Below, in pieces: positions 47,754 through 61,848 of a stretch of DNA of 64,000 bases; the first letter of the stretch is position 1, and every line of letters starts with the position of its first letter. A model generated the notes under the pieces. That model was given only the letters and a program-made list of their open reading frames with translations, ran no database searches and was not told where the DNA came from. Both the position numbers and the translations under genes were made by a program. The stretch covers positions 72,044,001 to 72,108,000 of the forward strand of contig CM060732.1 of assembly GCA_030704615.1 (NCBI GenBank), in the 5' to 3' direction. The stretch comes from Takakia lepidozioides (lineage: Eukaryota; Plantae; Bryophyta).

Positions 47754-48789
47754 ACAACCTTCTTAAGGTTTTTTGTTTGGCAGGTGCGACTTACCGTGCT
47801 TGCAAGGTTGGCGGGAGAAGCCTTTTTGGCATGGAGGGCGACACCGAACTATTCAAGAGTGTCCTCCTCCTTCTTGTGTTTGGCTCTACGTCTGGCACAA
47901 AGACTGAATAAATTCAAATCAGAAATGCTGAGGATACCGATGATAAGCAGATCGACAACGACTTTTCATGTGAGGAAGTCGGCCATGGAATTGTCATTCC
48001 AGTTTGGGTGCTTGTTCAATTTTGCAGACATCAAATTTGCAGTAATAACTTTTATCATGTTGTGACTTGCAGGAACGACAACGATGGATCTTCAGGAGAA
48101 ACCCCTATTTGTGCCGAGACTGTTTTCGACAGTCCCCTTTCCACTTTTGTGCTTCCTGTCTATGCCGAAGCAATGGCACTTCAAATGGCCGAGGTTCTAT
48201 CCCCTGACTTCTTATTGCCTGATCGCAGGAGTAGCCATCGTAGATCCGGAGTTCTTAAATTCTTGGACTTGGATGCAGAGGACGCGGGGATACATTGTAC
48301 TGACTCTCCATCCCACAAACCCGTCACACTCATGTCATATCCATTGTGCATTCATCTACTGTGTATTCATGCATCCTCCATTCAAGAATGTTTTCCATTA
48401 TTCAACATCCATCCCACATTCATCCATCTGCTTGCATTGTTCCCACACATCCATATATTTTTCATCCACTCTACATTCATCCATCCAGCATTTATCTATT
48501 GCTTTCAGGTGGGGATGACCACGTCCTTTTATTATTTCGTCCAACTTGTTTCCACGGTTGAGGGTGCTTTTCCGCGGAAATAGACTTTGCTTCTTACTTG
48601 GCGCACGTTGACGTGGTGTTGACGCTCGATGACGTGGAGTGAGCCCGGTGACGCGGCATTCGCTCAAGGTGACGTGGTGTGAGCGCTGCTGCGCTCATGC
48701 CACCAGGCTCACGCCGAGGCATCCCTGATTTACTAGATCAGCCAACCAACTCTGCTATAGAGTTAAATCAGCTGGGGGCCAAACTCATT

Positions 48790-50620
48790 TTGAAATTTGC
48801 ACAAGGGCAAGGAAATGTACATTTCCGCATAGCTAATGGTGAAATAAAACACGTCACAGATATTTTATACGTTCCTGGGTTGACTAAATTTGCTATTTGT
48901 CGGAGCTATCGCAGATATGGGCTGTTATGTTGATTTTCATTTCACATGAATGTTTCATATTGGATAAAAAGACTTCTAAGGTTTTAGCTAGAGGAGAGAG
49001 AAATGCCCCAAATGGTTTATGTCGTTTCAAAGGAGTAGAAGTGGACGTAAACTCCTTGATGCTGGAAGGAGCAAACTTGATGGAATTGTCGCACAAACGT
49101 TTAGGCCATCTAAATTACCAGAGCATACATTTCTTGAGTAGCAAAGGCTTAGTTGAAGGGATGCCATTACTACCTGCCATAAACAAAGTATATGACAATT
49201 GTAGTCTCGAGAACCAACATGAGAACGATTCCCTCGGAGGAGTAATAATAGAGCTCGACAACCGCTTGAATTGATACATTCTGACCTATTTGGTCCATTA
49301 CAAACTGCCTTGCTTGTAGGGACAATGTATTTTATGACCTTCAGTGACGACTACAGTAGGAAAACCTGGGTTTAAAAAAAAAAACCAAGGATGAAGCTTT
49401 TGACAAGTTCAGACAGTTCAAGAGTCTTGTAGAGAATGAAATGACGTAGAAGAAAATCAAAACACTGCGCACAGACCAAGGAGGAGAATACATGTCAAAG
49501 GCTTTCAGCGAATTTTGCCACGACCATGGAATACAAAGCCAACTAACATAGGCAAGGATGCCACAACAAAATGGCGTTGCAGAACGCAAAAGGAGCGCAT
49601 GATCTTGAGAGAGCACGAAGCATGTCATTTGAGAAGAACGTACCACCATTTCTTTGGACTGAGGCCATCAATATTTCTGCATATCTACTCAACAGATCTC
49701 CTACCAAGGCGAATCTTGAGATGACGTTGGAAGAAAGGTATAAAGGACGATAACCCAACCTTGGACATTTCAGGGTTTTGGGATGTGTGGCATATATGCA
49801 TGTCCCTAAGAAGGATATAGGAAAGCTAGATGCAAAATCCTCGAATTCGAAGTGCATCTTCATGGGGTATTAGAGCCAGACTAAAGCTGCCAACTATAGG
49901 TGTTATGATCCTCGTACGAGAAAAATTAAAATCGCCATATACTTCAATGAGTTCAATGCATGCATCTCAAATGTATATGATCAACTCTCGAATGGCCAAA
50001 AAATCAGCACCGTGGTTGAGTTTAGAGATGCAGCAGGTCAAGTGGAGACAAATCCACGACAAACATCTACAAACCAACCCCCAGAATTGGAGAAGGCAGA
50101 TCTGCCTCGACCTCATAACGAGCAGGCACTATGTCATGGCAGTCACCATACCGGAACCCATGACGGTTATTGAGGCATTGCAACATGAAAGATGGAAGCA
50201 GGCAATGCACCAAGAATATTAGAGTCAATTTATAAGAACGGTACATAGACCCTCGAGGACCTTCCTTCAAGTAAAAATCCCATATCCTCACAATGGATTT
50301 TTAAAACCAAACACAATGCCTCAGGAGAAGTAGAAAAGCTGAAATCCAGAATTGTTGCGCAAGAGGATTCGAACAACGGGAAGGTTTGGATTGTGATGAA
50401 ACGTTTTGCCCCTATGATAAAGTGGGGAACAATCAATACAATTGTAGCCTTGGAAGCTCAGAGAAAGTGGAACATCACTCATCTAGATGTGAAAACTGCA
50501 TTATTAAATGGGGATTTGAATGAAGAGGTCTACATGTACCAGCCGAAGGGCTTGTGTCTGAAGGAAATGAGCACAAATTTGCATATTGAAGATTTATGGT
50601 TTGAAATAAGCTCCTAGGGC
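48790..50620 (+). mobile_element. Degenerate Ty1/copia pol remnant
   Basis: ILYVPGL, HKRLGHLN (GAG-pre-integrase), LELIHSD, LRTDQGGEY, PQQNGVAERK, then RT WIFKTK...HLDVKTALLNGDLNEEVYMYQP; copia INT-RT order with many stops. Confidence 0.9.
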
Positions 50621-53154
50621 TTGGTGTTCTACCTGTCCGGCCAAAAGTAGATGAGAGGATCCACATTTAGTTTCTCCACACCCTTCCCATGGATTGTAGA
50701 CAAAATAGAGCGTACGGCTGTGCTCTAGACGGTAGAATGGGGGGGTAAAGTTGGAGTTAGAACACTCATATCCATATTAATCACAAGCAATTAGTGAAGC
50801 TACTCCCCTATATACAGTTAAGGTGTTGCATGTTGTCCCTTGTCTGTCCAGCCAGGATGTTACTTTACCTATTTCTATGCTGAGCCAAGAGTCATCGATA
50901 ATCTAGAATCTTAACGTGGCTCTCTCCTTGCGTTGATATCTAGCCAATAGTGTTGTATGTATACTTTGCTGGTTAGCCTTGTTATATAACCTGAGCCACT
51001 ATGGCGGTATGATTGTATGTACATTTAAGCTTATAAAACTTTCACCTTCCTCGCCTTTCTCCGTAGGAAGCGCTGAAACCACAAAGCCAATAATTACCAA
51101 TGCACACAACTCTATCTTACCGAAAGGCTGGTAGTTTACCCTCCGTATGGGTTGACCAAAATGCACCAAAATGCAGCATAGTATGTATGAAAGGAGTAAA
51201 TAATTTCCAAAAACATCCTTTGTATTTCGAGTGGGCTTATTTCATGGAATACAGTGCCACGTCGCTAGAGTGGCTTTATGGAGTGTAAGCTCCTCGCGCC
51301 CGTGTCTTACACTCCATAACGCTCCTCGCCAGCCTGGCAAGCCACTTTTCTTTAAAAAATTCTTTAAGCTGGGGAAGCAACCGGCCTCGCTCGTTGCTTC
51401 ACTGGTTCTCGCCCCTGCCCCTCGGGCTCCGCCCTTGCGGCAAGGGGCTCACACCCGTCCTCTCGTGGGTTGCTCACCCTACATATTGTGGATGGCCTGC
51501 CAGGCCGGTGAAACAGAGCGTCCAGAACTTCGGCTCGAGCTACTTCAACTTGATAAACCCTCTGCTATCCACTTCAGTTCAAACATGATTTTCTTTGTCA
51601 ACATACAATTAGGCATAAACTATCCGGTTGTGCAACTATTTTCTGGTTCATGTTCACTGACGTGCACTAAGACAGTCAGCAAATGGAGGAAGCTTGTTGC
51701 CATTGTAAGTGGGTCCCTGGAATAGATCTACCTATAACCAATAAGTCCTCAGATCTGTTGATCAGATGCGGAAGTTAACGTGAAAGGCAGTATATTATTT
51801 ACTTAATACAGTACAATTCTGCCAAAACAATAAGATATAAATTGCAAGCAGCCCAAGATTCCTGGTTCATGTTTCAGCATTATTGTCACGAAATGAAGGA
51901 GCCTAGACATTGTGGATCGACGGGACGGAGGAGGGCATGGCCCGAGTGAATTGTGGTGTAAGGAACCTGATCACCATTACGATAGAGCTTTGCCACAATC
52001 TCGACCTTGTCTCATCAATCAAACAAAATGTCTCCTTTGGTGCCATCACCAATTTAGTGACAAAAGCAAATTTCAATTTGTTCAGTAAGATTTGCATCGG
52101 TCCTGGAATCTTAACGCCTTTGATTTGGGTGGATCGCTCGTGGCCATAGTCGGTAGAGAAGCAGTTGACTAATTTCGGGTGCACCCCATGTACATGTTAC
52201 CACCCTACTTCTTCGGATTCTACTTCGAATATCTCCACAGGAGAAGGTGAGTGAAGCGTTCGATCACACGGGTGGGGGTGAGATTGAATACGTGGCTCCG
52301 ATAGGAATGCCATGTCAACTTGTATTATCGTTCGAGCATTCGCCACGTTGACCGTCAGCCACACGCACACTAAAAGCGTGGCATAGAAGAGGCCAATAGC
52401 CCTCCATAGCCCGGCCGGGTAGTATGTATGCGATGGATGCTGCTTGAAAACTGTTTTGTCGAATGTTGCTTGTGGAGCTGCTCAATTCCTTCGGCCAAGA
52501 CATGTGAGCGTGCATCTTCTCGTGCTCTCTTTGCTTGCTGGATACTGCAGGTTTGGAGATACTGCAGAAGAGCCAGCTGACTTGGTAGGTGTCCTAACTG
52601 CACGTGGGGCACTGTGCAATTCATAATCCTCCGATCTCCGCAGCCACCCTCCCATTCTTCTGAGGTGGCATTCCATGGGCTTAAGCAATCCCTGCAGACT
52701 GCTCTTATTTATTACTCGAGATCTCTGTCTCTCCTCCTCATATATGTGCTCGGTGTGAGATTGTGCAACGATCCGACTGGAGAACAACAACTCAACTTCC
52801 AGATCCAAACCTAACTCGTTCCTCCTTCCGAGGAGGAATTGCAGGTACTTTGAACTGCAGCAACTTGAAGATTGGCGAGCGGGCCGCAGATAGTCTGAGA
52901 TACCATAGTACAGTACACCGAACAGCCCTGAGTGCAGAAGCAGAGGGCAGAGACTGTACAGTACCTGGCGTATACTGACATCGTGTTTCAAACTTCATCC
53001 AGTAGTCTTAACACGACGGCAGAACCACAAGATTAAAATTTAGGTTCCATCGAGAGAGTGAGGAGATATAGTTCTAAAGAGTGTTGATTCGTGTAGGACA
53101 GAGATAGCTCAGAACTTGGCACTGATATCAATTCAGGCCTGAAAAACCGGATCC

Positions 53155-56100
53155 ATGACTGGAAATATAGATCGTGAGGCACACAAGATGAAGAAGACGA
53201 AGGCTGTAGACGTCGCCAAAGTGGCGGAAGATGCAATGCGCGCCTCCAAGGAGCATCCGCAACGAGCAGAAATTCGCGTGGACATTCCTCTAGCTCAGGG
53301 CTTCAACAAAAGCGACCATTACAGCCGGGACATGACCAGCGACGATCCCTCCTACTCCATGGAAAAATCCCAGGTCCTCACCAAGTGTCGTGCAGAGGCA
53401 GCAAATGCGCCCGAGCAGCTCTTGACACTCTTTGCATGTCGTCTGGCCATCATGGAGAAGGCTGCCAGCGGCGCGGGCAAACTGGCTTTCCTTTGGGCCA
53501 CGGTTGTGCTGGTCGGAGGCTTCACCAGCGAAGCGGCCTTAGACTTCTGGCTTGTCACAATTCTGCTCATCACTGAGAGCACTCGCATCTTCGGCCGCAG
53601 CCACGAGCTGGAGTGGCAGCACGCCTCGCCGAGCTTCGACTGGACCTTGCGCGGCATCCGCAGGGCGGGGTCCGCGGTGGTGCACGCGGGCACGGAGGTG
53701 GTCCACAAAAGCGGGCACTTGGTGAAAACGGGCATCTCGGATCTCGTCAGCCAGACCAACTTCGGATCTCGTCGATCTCCGTCGTTCAGGGACGAGGTGA
53801 CCTCCAGACCCGCGACGCCGATACCGACGTCGTCGCCGTCGTTCCTGCAGTCGTCGAAGAGCGAGAGCGAGAGAGGTTCCAAGAGCACGAAGCGCGTTCG
53901 AGCGGCGTCGGTGCAAGCGCCAGTCCGACGGACGTGGTCGGCGTCCGTCCTGCCGCTGCTGCCGTGGGTTCCCTTCCTGTCTGCCAAGGGCGTGGGCCAG
54001 TTGCTGTACGTCATGCAACTGCTCTCCGCCAGCGTTTCCGTTGGCATTTCCCTGTACCGTCTCTCCACACTTACCCTAAACAGTACTACCAAAACAACTC
54101 CAGACACCAAAACTCATAACAATTTTGAAAACAGTCTGAATGCGTTCTATGCTCTGGCTTTGCTGGAGGCTCTCATCTTCCTGATAGAAAGGGCCTACTG
54201 GGAGATCGAGCTAAATTGGAGAAACCTACTGCAAAGAGTGAAAGAGAAGGCGGAGCTGGAGGACGATGACATGGAGATTCTGCAGTCGTTCTTCTACGAG
54301 GTAATCTGAGCTTGCTTATCTTGTACTCAGTTTTGTTTGGGAAGCTAAAATGATTAGTAAGTGCTTTATACTCTATCGAACAGCTCAACTTCTACTAGAG
54401 GTCAGAACTTCTGTAGGAACTGCACACTGCCACATTTGGAGTCTTCCAAAAGGGCGTACTGATTTGTATGTAGTTGGTCCTGAGTTGATCGCTCATTGTG
54501 GGATATTTGAGTGAACTCTCTCCACTAATTTTGCACTAGATCGGGTCGCCTTATTTCTCAATATCGAATCTTCTCTGAAGAAGCGAGATCACTTATCACG
54601 ACTAAGTTACTTGCCATCGATAGAGAAACTTAAATCATTGAATTGATTCGCTACACAGTTTGCTAGACCAATTATGAGGTAAATAGACTATACGTGGTAA
54701 TATCTAATACATGTGAGTGCTTGTCGGTACCCTTAGACTGCTCCGTTGTGGTCTCTTCATGACCTGAATCTCTGTTTGCAAGAAAACAACATTGTTATTT
54801 ATGATTTTTCAGTTTTTGTCTTTGTTGGGGTGGCGGGTTTCATCAGGTCTACTCCAGGAGTTTGAATGGGAGTGTCTTCGATGGGCTGGATATGGACCTT
54901 GTGACCTACGGCATGGGATTGTTGCAAGCGGAGGACGCTGACAAAGTAATGGGTGGTGCGAAGGTGCTGAGAGCATTTGCAGATCGTCTCGATTCCTCTG
55001 GCATGGACACTTTACGCCGCATTGGGAGTACTCCAGGTAATACAAGTTAGCAGGCGATGCGTGCACGGTAGAAGAAGAGAAAGAGAGAGTGTATGTGTGG
55101 GGGGCGAGACTGAATGTCGGAGCGTTGCTAGACGCCATTGACACCTCTCCCATTCAGCTAAGATAGAAACCACCCGCAACTAAGAATGTCATGGTGATTT
55201 AATCTCAACTCTTTCCAGATAGTTGGATCTGCGCTATAAATTTTTTTGAACTAGTAGCTGCATGATATTGATGTTGCTAGTAAAACTGTCTAGCTCATAA
55301 AATTGACCAGTATCTGAATGAATTAGTTTGAAAGAATGTCTTATGCAATTGTATAATTTTGTGTATATAAAATCTCTAAGACCGGGCTATGAAGGTAGCG
55401 CGCCTCCACGATTCTAACGTGAGACACTTCTAGTGCATGACGGTTTGATCCATTGTCCAGGTAGCAATTTTCTCTAGCTGGACTGATCAACCCGAAACTT
55501 ATCATTTAGAGCCGGTAAACATGAAGTCACCTCTCTCCCTCTCCGAGATTCTTGTGGATGTCATAATCTCTCTCTCTCTCAAGCCAACGTTCGCAGGGAA
55601 CGGCATGAATGTGCATCTCTTTCGCGTTTTGCTGGTGCTGTACATGATTGGATTTCATGAAATTATTTGACTTCCAGAGATAGGGCCATGCGTTCTCAAG
55701 TTCACCTTCTTTCAGCTCGTTAATACAGGTGCTTAGCTGAATCTTTTTGTGAAAATGTGACAGGCGTGATCGAACGATTGGTTGAAATGCTAGCATGGCA
55801 CCAGAAGCATGAGATAAAAGTCCGGTTATTTGCTGCCTGCATTGTGAATTGTTTATCGGACTTCAGACGCAATTGTTCCCGAATTATGTCCGTGGCCGGG
55901 TCTTTGGAGAACGTCGCATCTCTTTTTCGCTTTGAAGATGACGTTGGAGACTTCCAGCTTGTGATCGCCCAGCAACAAGGTCACACTCCAGTTCCACCTC
56001 CTAACAAACTCTGTCGATCTCTGTCCCCCTTCCCCACCCTCCTCTTTCTTTCCTCATGTGGATGCCTTCCTTTCTCTCTCTTCACTTATAAAGTACCATT

Positions 56101-59100
56101 TCATTTCATTTCTCTCTTCACTGTAACCAAGTACAAAATTCCGGGGTAGGTGTGCCAGGAAAGCAGAGTTTAGTACAACCTATCTCTCTCTGATCATCAT
56201 GCAGTTTGTAGATATCCTGAGCAGACCTGTGAACTGTTTTCATCAATCTCCCCTCCAAACAGATGAGAGTCGGATAATGGATTACTGGTGGAGCTGTTAA
56301 ATATCTACAGCGCTTCTAAGTAGCTGAACCTCTGAACTTTCCGTCATCATGTAGGCACGGCTATTACAGCGGAGTCCATAGAGCTCCGAACACACGGATT
56401 GGAAATACTGAAGAATCTAGCCAAAGACCACACCAACTGTCTTAAGATAAGGGAAACCCGGGGTCTGCTGACGATCCTGGTAGAGTTCATCGACATGCGG
56501 GACCGCCATCTCCCAATCGGCAGGAACGATCCGGAGCGACGAGCCATCAAGAGGTCGCTGCAGGTGCTGAGCCTGTTGGCGCGATCTGGGGGCGCGTCCG
56601 GCAAGCATATTCGGCCCGCCATCGCCAACGTGGTGTTTACCATCCCGCACCTCCGCGACATTTTGGTGTACCGTCGCGACCTGCCCGACCTGCCCCGCCT
56701 CGCCGTCGACGTCCTCACCAGCCTCGCCCTCGACTCCGACGCCCGCGAAATCATCGGCAGCACCGGCGGTGTCATCTCCAGCCTTTTCTTACTCTTCACC
56801 GGCAACCTGCTCTCCGGCGACCGCGCGGTGACCGCGCCACCCATCGCCAAGGTTAGCACATGGCTTAATGTTGTTGGCGTAGTGAGTACCAGTCTGAGGT
56901 ACTGTTATCACACTTTGACAATTTTGTGAGACAGCTATTATGAGTATCTGTTGAATTACCAAGTTGCAGCCCAACAGTAATGGGCAGAACCGGGTTTACA
57001 CCAGTGTTGTGCGGGTCCGGGTTTTGAAGGCGGGTACCCGGCGGGTTAGGATCCGGGTTACCCGGACCCGTACCCGGCCCCGTACCCGGCCCCGTGCTAT
57101 CACAAAAAACCTGGACCTTGACCCGGATTCATTTCTAAAATGAACCCGGAACCAGACCCTGACCCGCCTGCTGGGTCCAGAACCCGTTAAACCCGCTACT
57201 GGGAGGCGGTCAGGGTCCGGGTCTTAATTGGGGCATGCGGGGTCCACCTTAGATCTGGTAGGCGAGGGGACGAGCAGCAGTAGGCCACTGCAGCAGCCAG
57301 CCCCACCACCTTGTAGCCCAGTGGTAATGCCCACACACCACTTCAAAAGCGGTGTTGGGTTCAATCCACGGAATGGTGTCACAAAGTTGTGCCCTATGGG
57401 ACCATAATTTCACCTCCCAAAGGAAGCATCATATATTATTATTAGGCCAGATCCCACACATCCATGCTATAGTGATCTACCCTTGAGGCATATTACTATT
57501 CTTAACATGTTTAAAGAATTGATATTGAAAAATAGAACAAACTTCTATTTTAATTCTTGTTCCTGGTATACATATTCATATTCATGGTATATTTTGAAGG
57601 AATGTCTCTTAAAATAAAATTCATTATTAGGATTTTAAAGTTTTTTCCAGCCAACAATAATTTTATCCCTAATTAATCTTATTTTTTTAATTTTTTAATC
57701 AATAAATTAGGACCCGGATCCGAACCCGTGAACCCGCTAATATTTCCCAACAACTACCCGGACCCTAACCCGAGTCCGTGTTGACAAACCCGGACCCGGA
57801 TTTTCCAATTTTCAAAAACCCGGATCCGGACCCGGACTTGGCTCCGAAAAAAAACCCGCACCCGGACCCGGCGGGTTCCTTAAAAAGGCAGAACCCGCAC
57901 AACACTGGTTTACACCCATCTTAACCCCTAAAGGACGAGCTAACTTTTGGGAGTTTTCCCAAAAAGTGGGCCATACCCTCCATTGCTGCGCTGTAACTTC
58001 CTGCCCCCTTCATCCAGCTGGATGAACTGTTCCATTTCATCCCTACCGACTACATGAAGGTCCTCATAAAATTGTAGCACTTTCTATCGATCCATTTAGT
58101 AGATTATAACAAATGAAATTGAACAAGTTGAAACCATAAACCAAAAAAAAGAGGAAAAATTGCTTTGACCGTGCAAGTTTGGTGACTTTACATTTTTTCT
58201 TGAAGAAATGGCCTCCAGAATCCAGATTAGGGGCAACCAACAGGTCATCTCCCAGAATCTCACACCAAAATGCCAAAATTATGGGGGCTGCTTTGAATGT
58301 GAAATCTAGGGGGTAAAAAATCTTGTTTTGGCTTCTTTCCCAAGTACACCCATGAGGTGACATTTGTTTTCCAATAGTAAGTGCACAATAACATTTCATG
58401 GTGCCTTGTCCAAATTTTTTGGCATTATGATAAATTTTCAGCCCTAGATGTTATCTTGAAGATTGCCCATTTGGCTGCCATGTAGGCAGGTCAATGGTGC
58501 TCTAACACTGGATTTCATGAAACCCTGGCACTTTGCAAAATTCTAGCGAGCAGAGCTTTCATGATTTTTTGGCGCTGTAAATTAACACGTGTGCTCCTCT
58601 CTGACATGTACAATTCATCTTCAAGGTTCACTTTCATCCAATATCATTCATGGGAATTGGAGCGTGGCAATTTGACGCGTTCGCGTCGTCCTTTAGGGGT
58701 TAAGCCTAGATACAAGACCAACCATACTCTAACCCTGCTTATAAATCTTCACTAATCTCTCATTCAAGTACATCGCTAGCCAGAATGACCTCCCCAAGTC
58801 TCATCAAGAATATGTTATGCAGGAAGAAGTGGAGGCACAAGAGGTGGCAATGAAGGCGGGCGAGGCTTTGACTCGGCTCATGCTTTGCAACCAGAAAAAC
58901 TGTGATCGCCTCCAACGAGTGAATTTGGGTAGCTCCCACAAACCGCTCAACGTTCTTCTAGAGCTTTGGAAAACCGATCCAAAAGAGCTCGGAATATGTG
59001 CTGCAAAAATACTACGAAGTATCTGTGCCTACTCCGAGGATCATGCAAACAACAAGGTGGAGATTTCCAAGGGAAGTGAATGGTTGCTCAAGAGGTACGA

Positions 59101-60125
59101 AAGTTTCTATACATTTGACAATTCGAAATGGCTTAACGGGAATATAACACTTGAAAAATAAATGTGAAGTTTAGAAACGAAATACCTTTGTGTCACATTG
59201 GAAGTGAAAAATTGAAATACAAGTATCAAAACTAAATGGATCTGAATATAATGACATTGAATGCGATAGAACTGAAATGAACTGAATATAAGGGAATCCG
59301 TCATGTGATAGAACAGAAGGGATAAATCTGAAACAATCTGAATATAATGGAATTCCAAAAATTTGAATTTATCGATGGATAAATGATGGGTAAAATGGTA
59401 ATAGCTGGAAAGGTACATCAGGAGAAAAGCACCAATGCATGGTTTGTCTTGGCGAGGAACAACAAATAAAGGGTTATATGCATAATGCATTCCATATAAT
59501 CAGTTCATAGTTTTCGACATTAATATGCAATGATCCTTCTACACTGTTATCAGCAATTTTATTTTATTTTAGATTTTATAATCCCATCTACATGGATATC
59601 TATTTAGACTTGCAATATGAACATATTAGGTGGAGCTAAGCCATTACGTTCTTGTTCCATATGTCAACAAAAACGTTCTCACAACAAACTTTTTTTATTC
59701 GTAGGGTTTTGACCACAAAAAACCGGGTGCAAGAGGCTGCCCTTGGAGTGGCAGCTAAAGCCATACTTTTGATGAGGAAAAAAGAAAAGCAAGTGATGAT
59801 ATGCAACCTAGGCATGAACTTCCGGAGTGAGATGGTGGAGAAGCTTGTGAACATATTGAGACATGTACCCACTAGCACCAACCTACCATTTATTCGGCGA
59901 TACACTATTGAGTTAATCATAGCCCTCATGACCATTGACGAAGAATTCCAAGTGCTTTTCATCTCCAAACATCTAGATGGTTGCCTTAAGGAGGTCTTAG
60001 ATACCATATTGGTGGTCGAGAATTATTGTCTATTTTTGGGCAGTGCTGGCCTGCTTCGCCATGCTGAAGACATGGAATGCCTTGTGCAAAGAGCTTTGGA
60101 TACTCTTAACAATGTCCAACAGTAG
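53155..60125 (+). CDS. Transmembrane + ARM-repeat protein, paralog B; exons 53155-54300, 54847-55036, 55764-55979, 56355-56851, 58823-59094, 59705-60125
   Basis: Same six-exon structure and phases as paralog A; exons 2, 3 and 5 have identical lengths (190, 216 and 272 nt). Confidence 0.88.
57002..57907. mobile_element. Non-autonomous hAT element (MITE)
   Basis: TIR CAGTGTTGTGCGGGT/ACCCGCACAACACTG, 8-bp TSD GTTTACAC (56994-57001 and 57908-57915), many subterminal ACCCG/CGGGT motifs. Confidence 0.93.
57312..57444 (+). mobile_element. tRNA-derived SINE nested in the hAT MITE
   Basis: Same A/B boxes and (ATT)n tail as 22473-22648. Confidence 0.75.
57925..58699. mobile_element. piggyBac-type MITE
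   Basis: TTAA|CCCCTAAAGGACGA ... TCGTCCTTTAGGGG|TTAA: 14-bp perfect TIR, CCC/GGG ends, TTAA on both sides. Confidence 0.82.
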
Positions 60126-61284
60126 CCACATCGACCCATTTGATCAAAGTAGATTTGGGACCAAATGAAGTTGGTATTCAAGTAGTTCACATCAATTATT
60201 TGATGGAAAGATCAAAGAAGACAATATGTACCCCAAACGCCCGAAAAATCAAATCAGCTAGAGGCGAGCCGACTGTCCGAATAGAAGTGGCAGCGTGCAT
60301 TGGGCCCACATGGCCATTGCATGCCCCTTCCAAGTGGCTATTGCATGTGGGGCGCACATGGCTATTGCATGCAACATCTAGCAAGCTGACTCAGCTCAAC
60401 TAGCGTGGCTATTTGCATTGGGCCCACATGGCTATTGCATGCCCCTTGAAAGTGGCTATAGCATGCGGGGCCCACATGGAATCCATGCCAAGGAATGCTA
60501 GGGAAGGTTCTAGAACGGAGGTGATTTTCGCAAGGTATAGCCCAAAGTGGGAGCTCAGGCAAGGACCAGAGGGTGCAGGAGGATCGAGGGTTCGATTAGG
60601 GTGGGTGATTTCAAGGTGCGGGAGGAGTGGGCCCAGGTCTACGTGCAGACAAGGAGATGGAAGGATTTTGGAAGACGGTGGTTTACTGGGGGCGGAAGGG
60701 TTGCTTGGTGCTGTGCTGATGCGCACGACATGACTTGAGGGATGTACTGTAAATAAGTGGCGTACCAGGAACTACTGATCCACGGGTGAGGTTTGTAGTC
60801 CCCTTGCTTATTACATGCGCTGTAAAGACTGTTGATGTAACGACAAACCGACGAGGTTTTATGCCAACTTGTATTATTATTATGTCATGCTCTCCGTATC
60901 GAAGGCTAAATTTTCTGCTCGAAATTACATCTCCAACGCACTTGGCTGTATTCCATTGTGACGCGATACGCCTCTACACCGAATTTATATGACATCGAAA
61001 GAGAATATGTCATAGAAAACAATGTTGCACATGTTGTAGTTGACAAACAATATGTCAAATTTGTCTCATGGCTCCCACCGCGGTTATTTTTTTCCCGACA
61101 TCCTTCTAATATGAATTAAAGGGCAGCCGTCCCCTTTCAATATATATTGGGGTAGCCTGTGCCGTTGGCTCAAGTATCCAATGTCATCTAAGTCATCTAA
61201 GTCTAATCATTTTTAACAAAACCTATGACCTGATTTGAACCGGAGACCTTTTCCTTGATATCTCTCCCCTCGAGGCTATGATCA

Positions 61285-61530
61285 TTGTCCCAAGAAAGCC
61301 CACTTTGCTATTTTTTCCAAGGACCAAAACTACTTGAAATTCAACATCTCCCAAACCGCTGGTCCAAAAATCATGAGACCAAGTCGGTGCACCCCTCCTC
61401 ATTGAGGGCTTTCCAATGGTACGAAGCACTGCACCTCCTCATTGAGGGCTTTCCAATGGTACTAAGCACTCAGGGTGGGCCCCGCAGTTTCGGACATCTC
61501 AACTCTACAAATCAAACAAAACAAAACAAA
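61285..61530 (-). repeat. Inverted copy of the 18.2-18.7 kb interspersed repeat
   Basis: AAAGCCCACTTTGCTA...TCATGAGACCAAGTCGGTGCACCCCTCCTCATTGAGGGCTTTCCAATGGTAC, with an internal duplication. Confidence 0.82.
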
Positions 61531-61848
61531 ACAAACGTCTGGATTCATATATTGATAATCAAGATTTCACTGATGAGTATGAATATTGTCCCTTCTCTTC
61601 TCTTGTGCGGCTTCCTCATGAGTCTCCTGTCTCGAAAAATTAATTGTCCATTGTTTGATGTCACAAGGGGTTGGTAGAACATGCACACACCTGTGAGCAC
61701 AGAAAAAATTGGAAAATGGAGGTTGGAGCACAAAAACACGGTAATAGGGTCCAAATGTTTTCATGGAAATAGAATACAAGACAGATTACACGCAAATAGG
61801 CTTACTACAAATATATCTACAATATAATATATGTGATAAACATAATTA

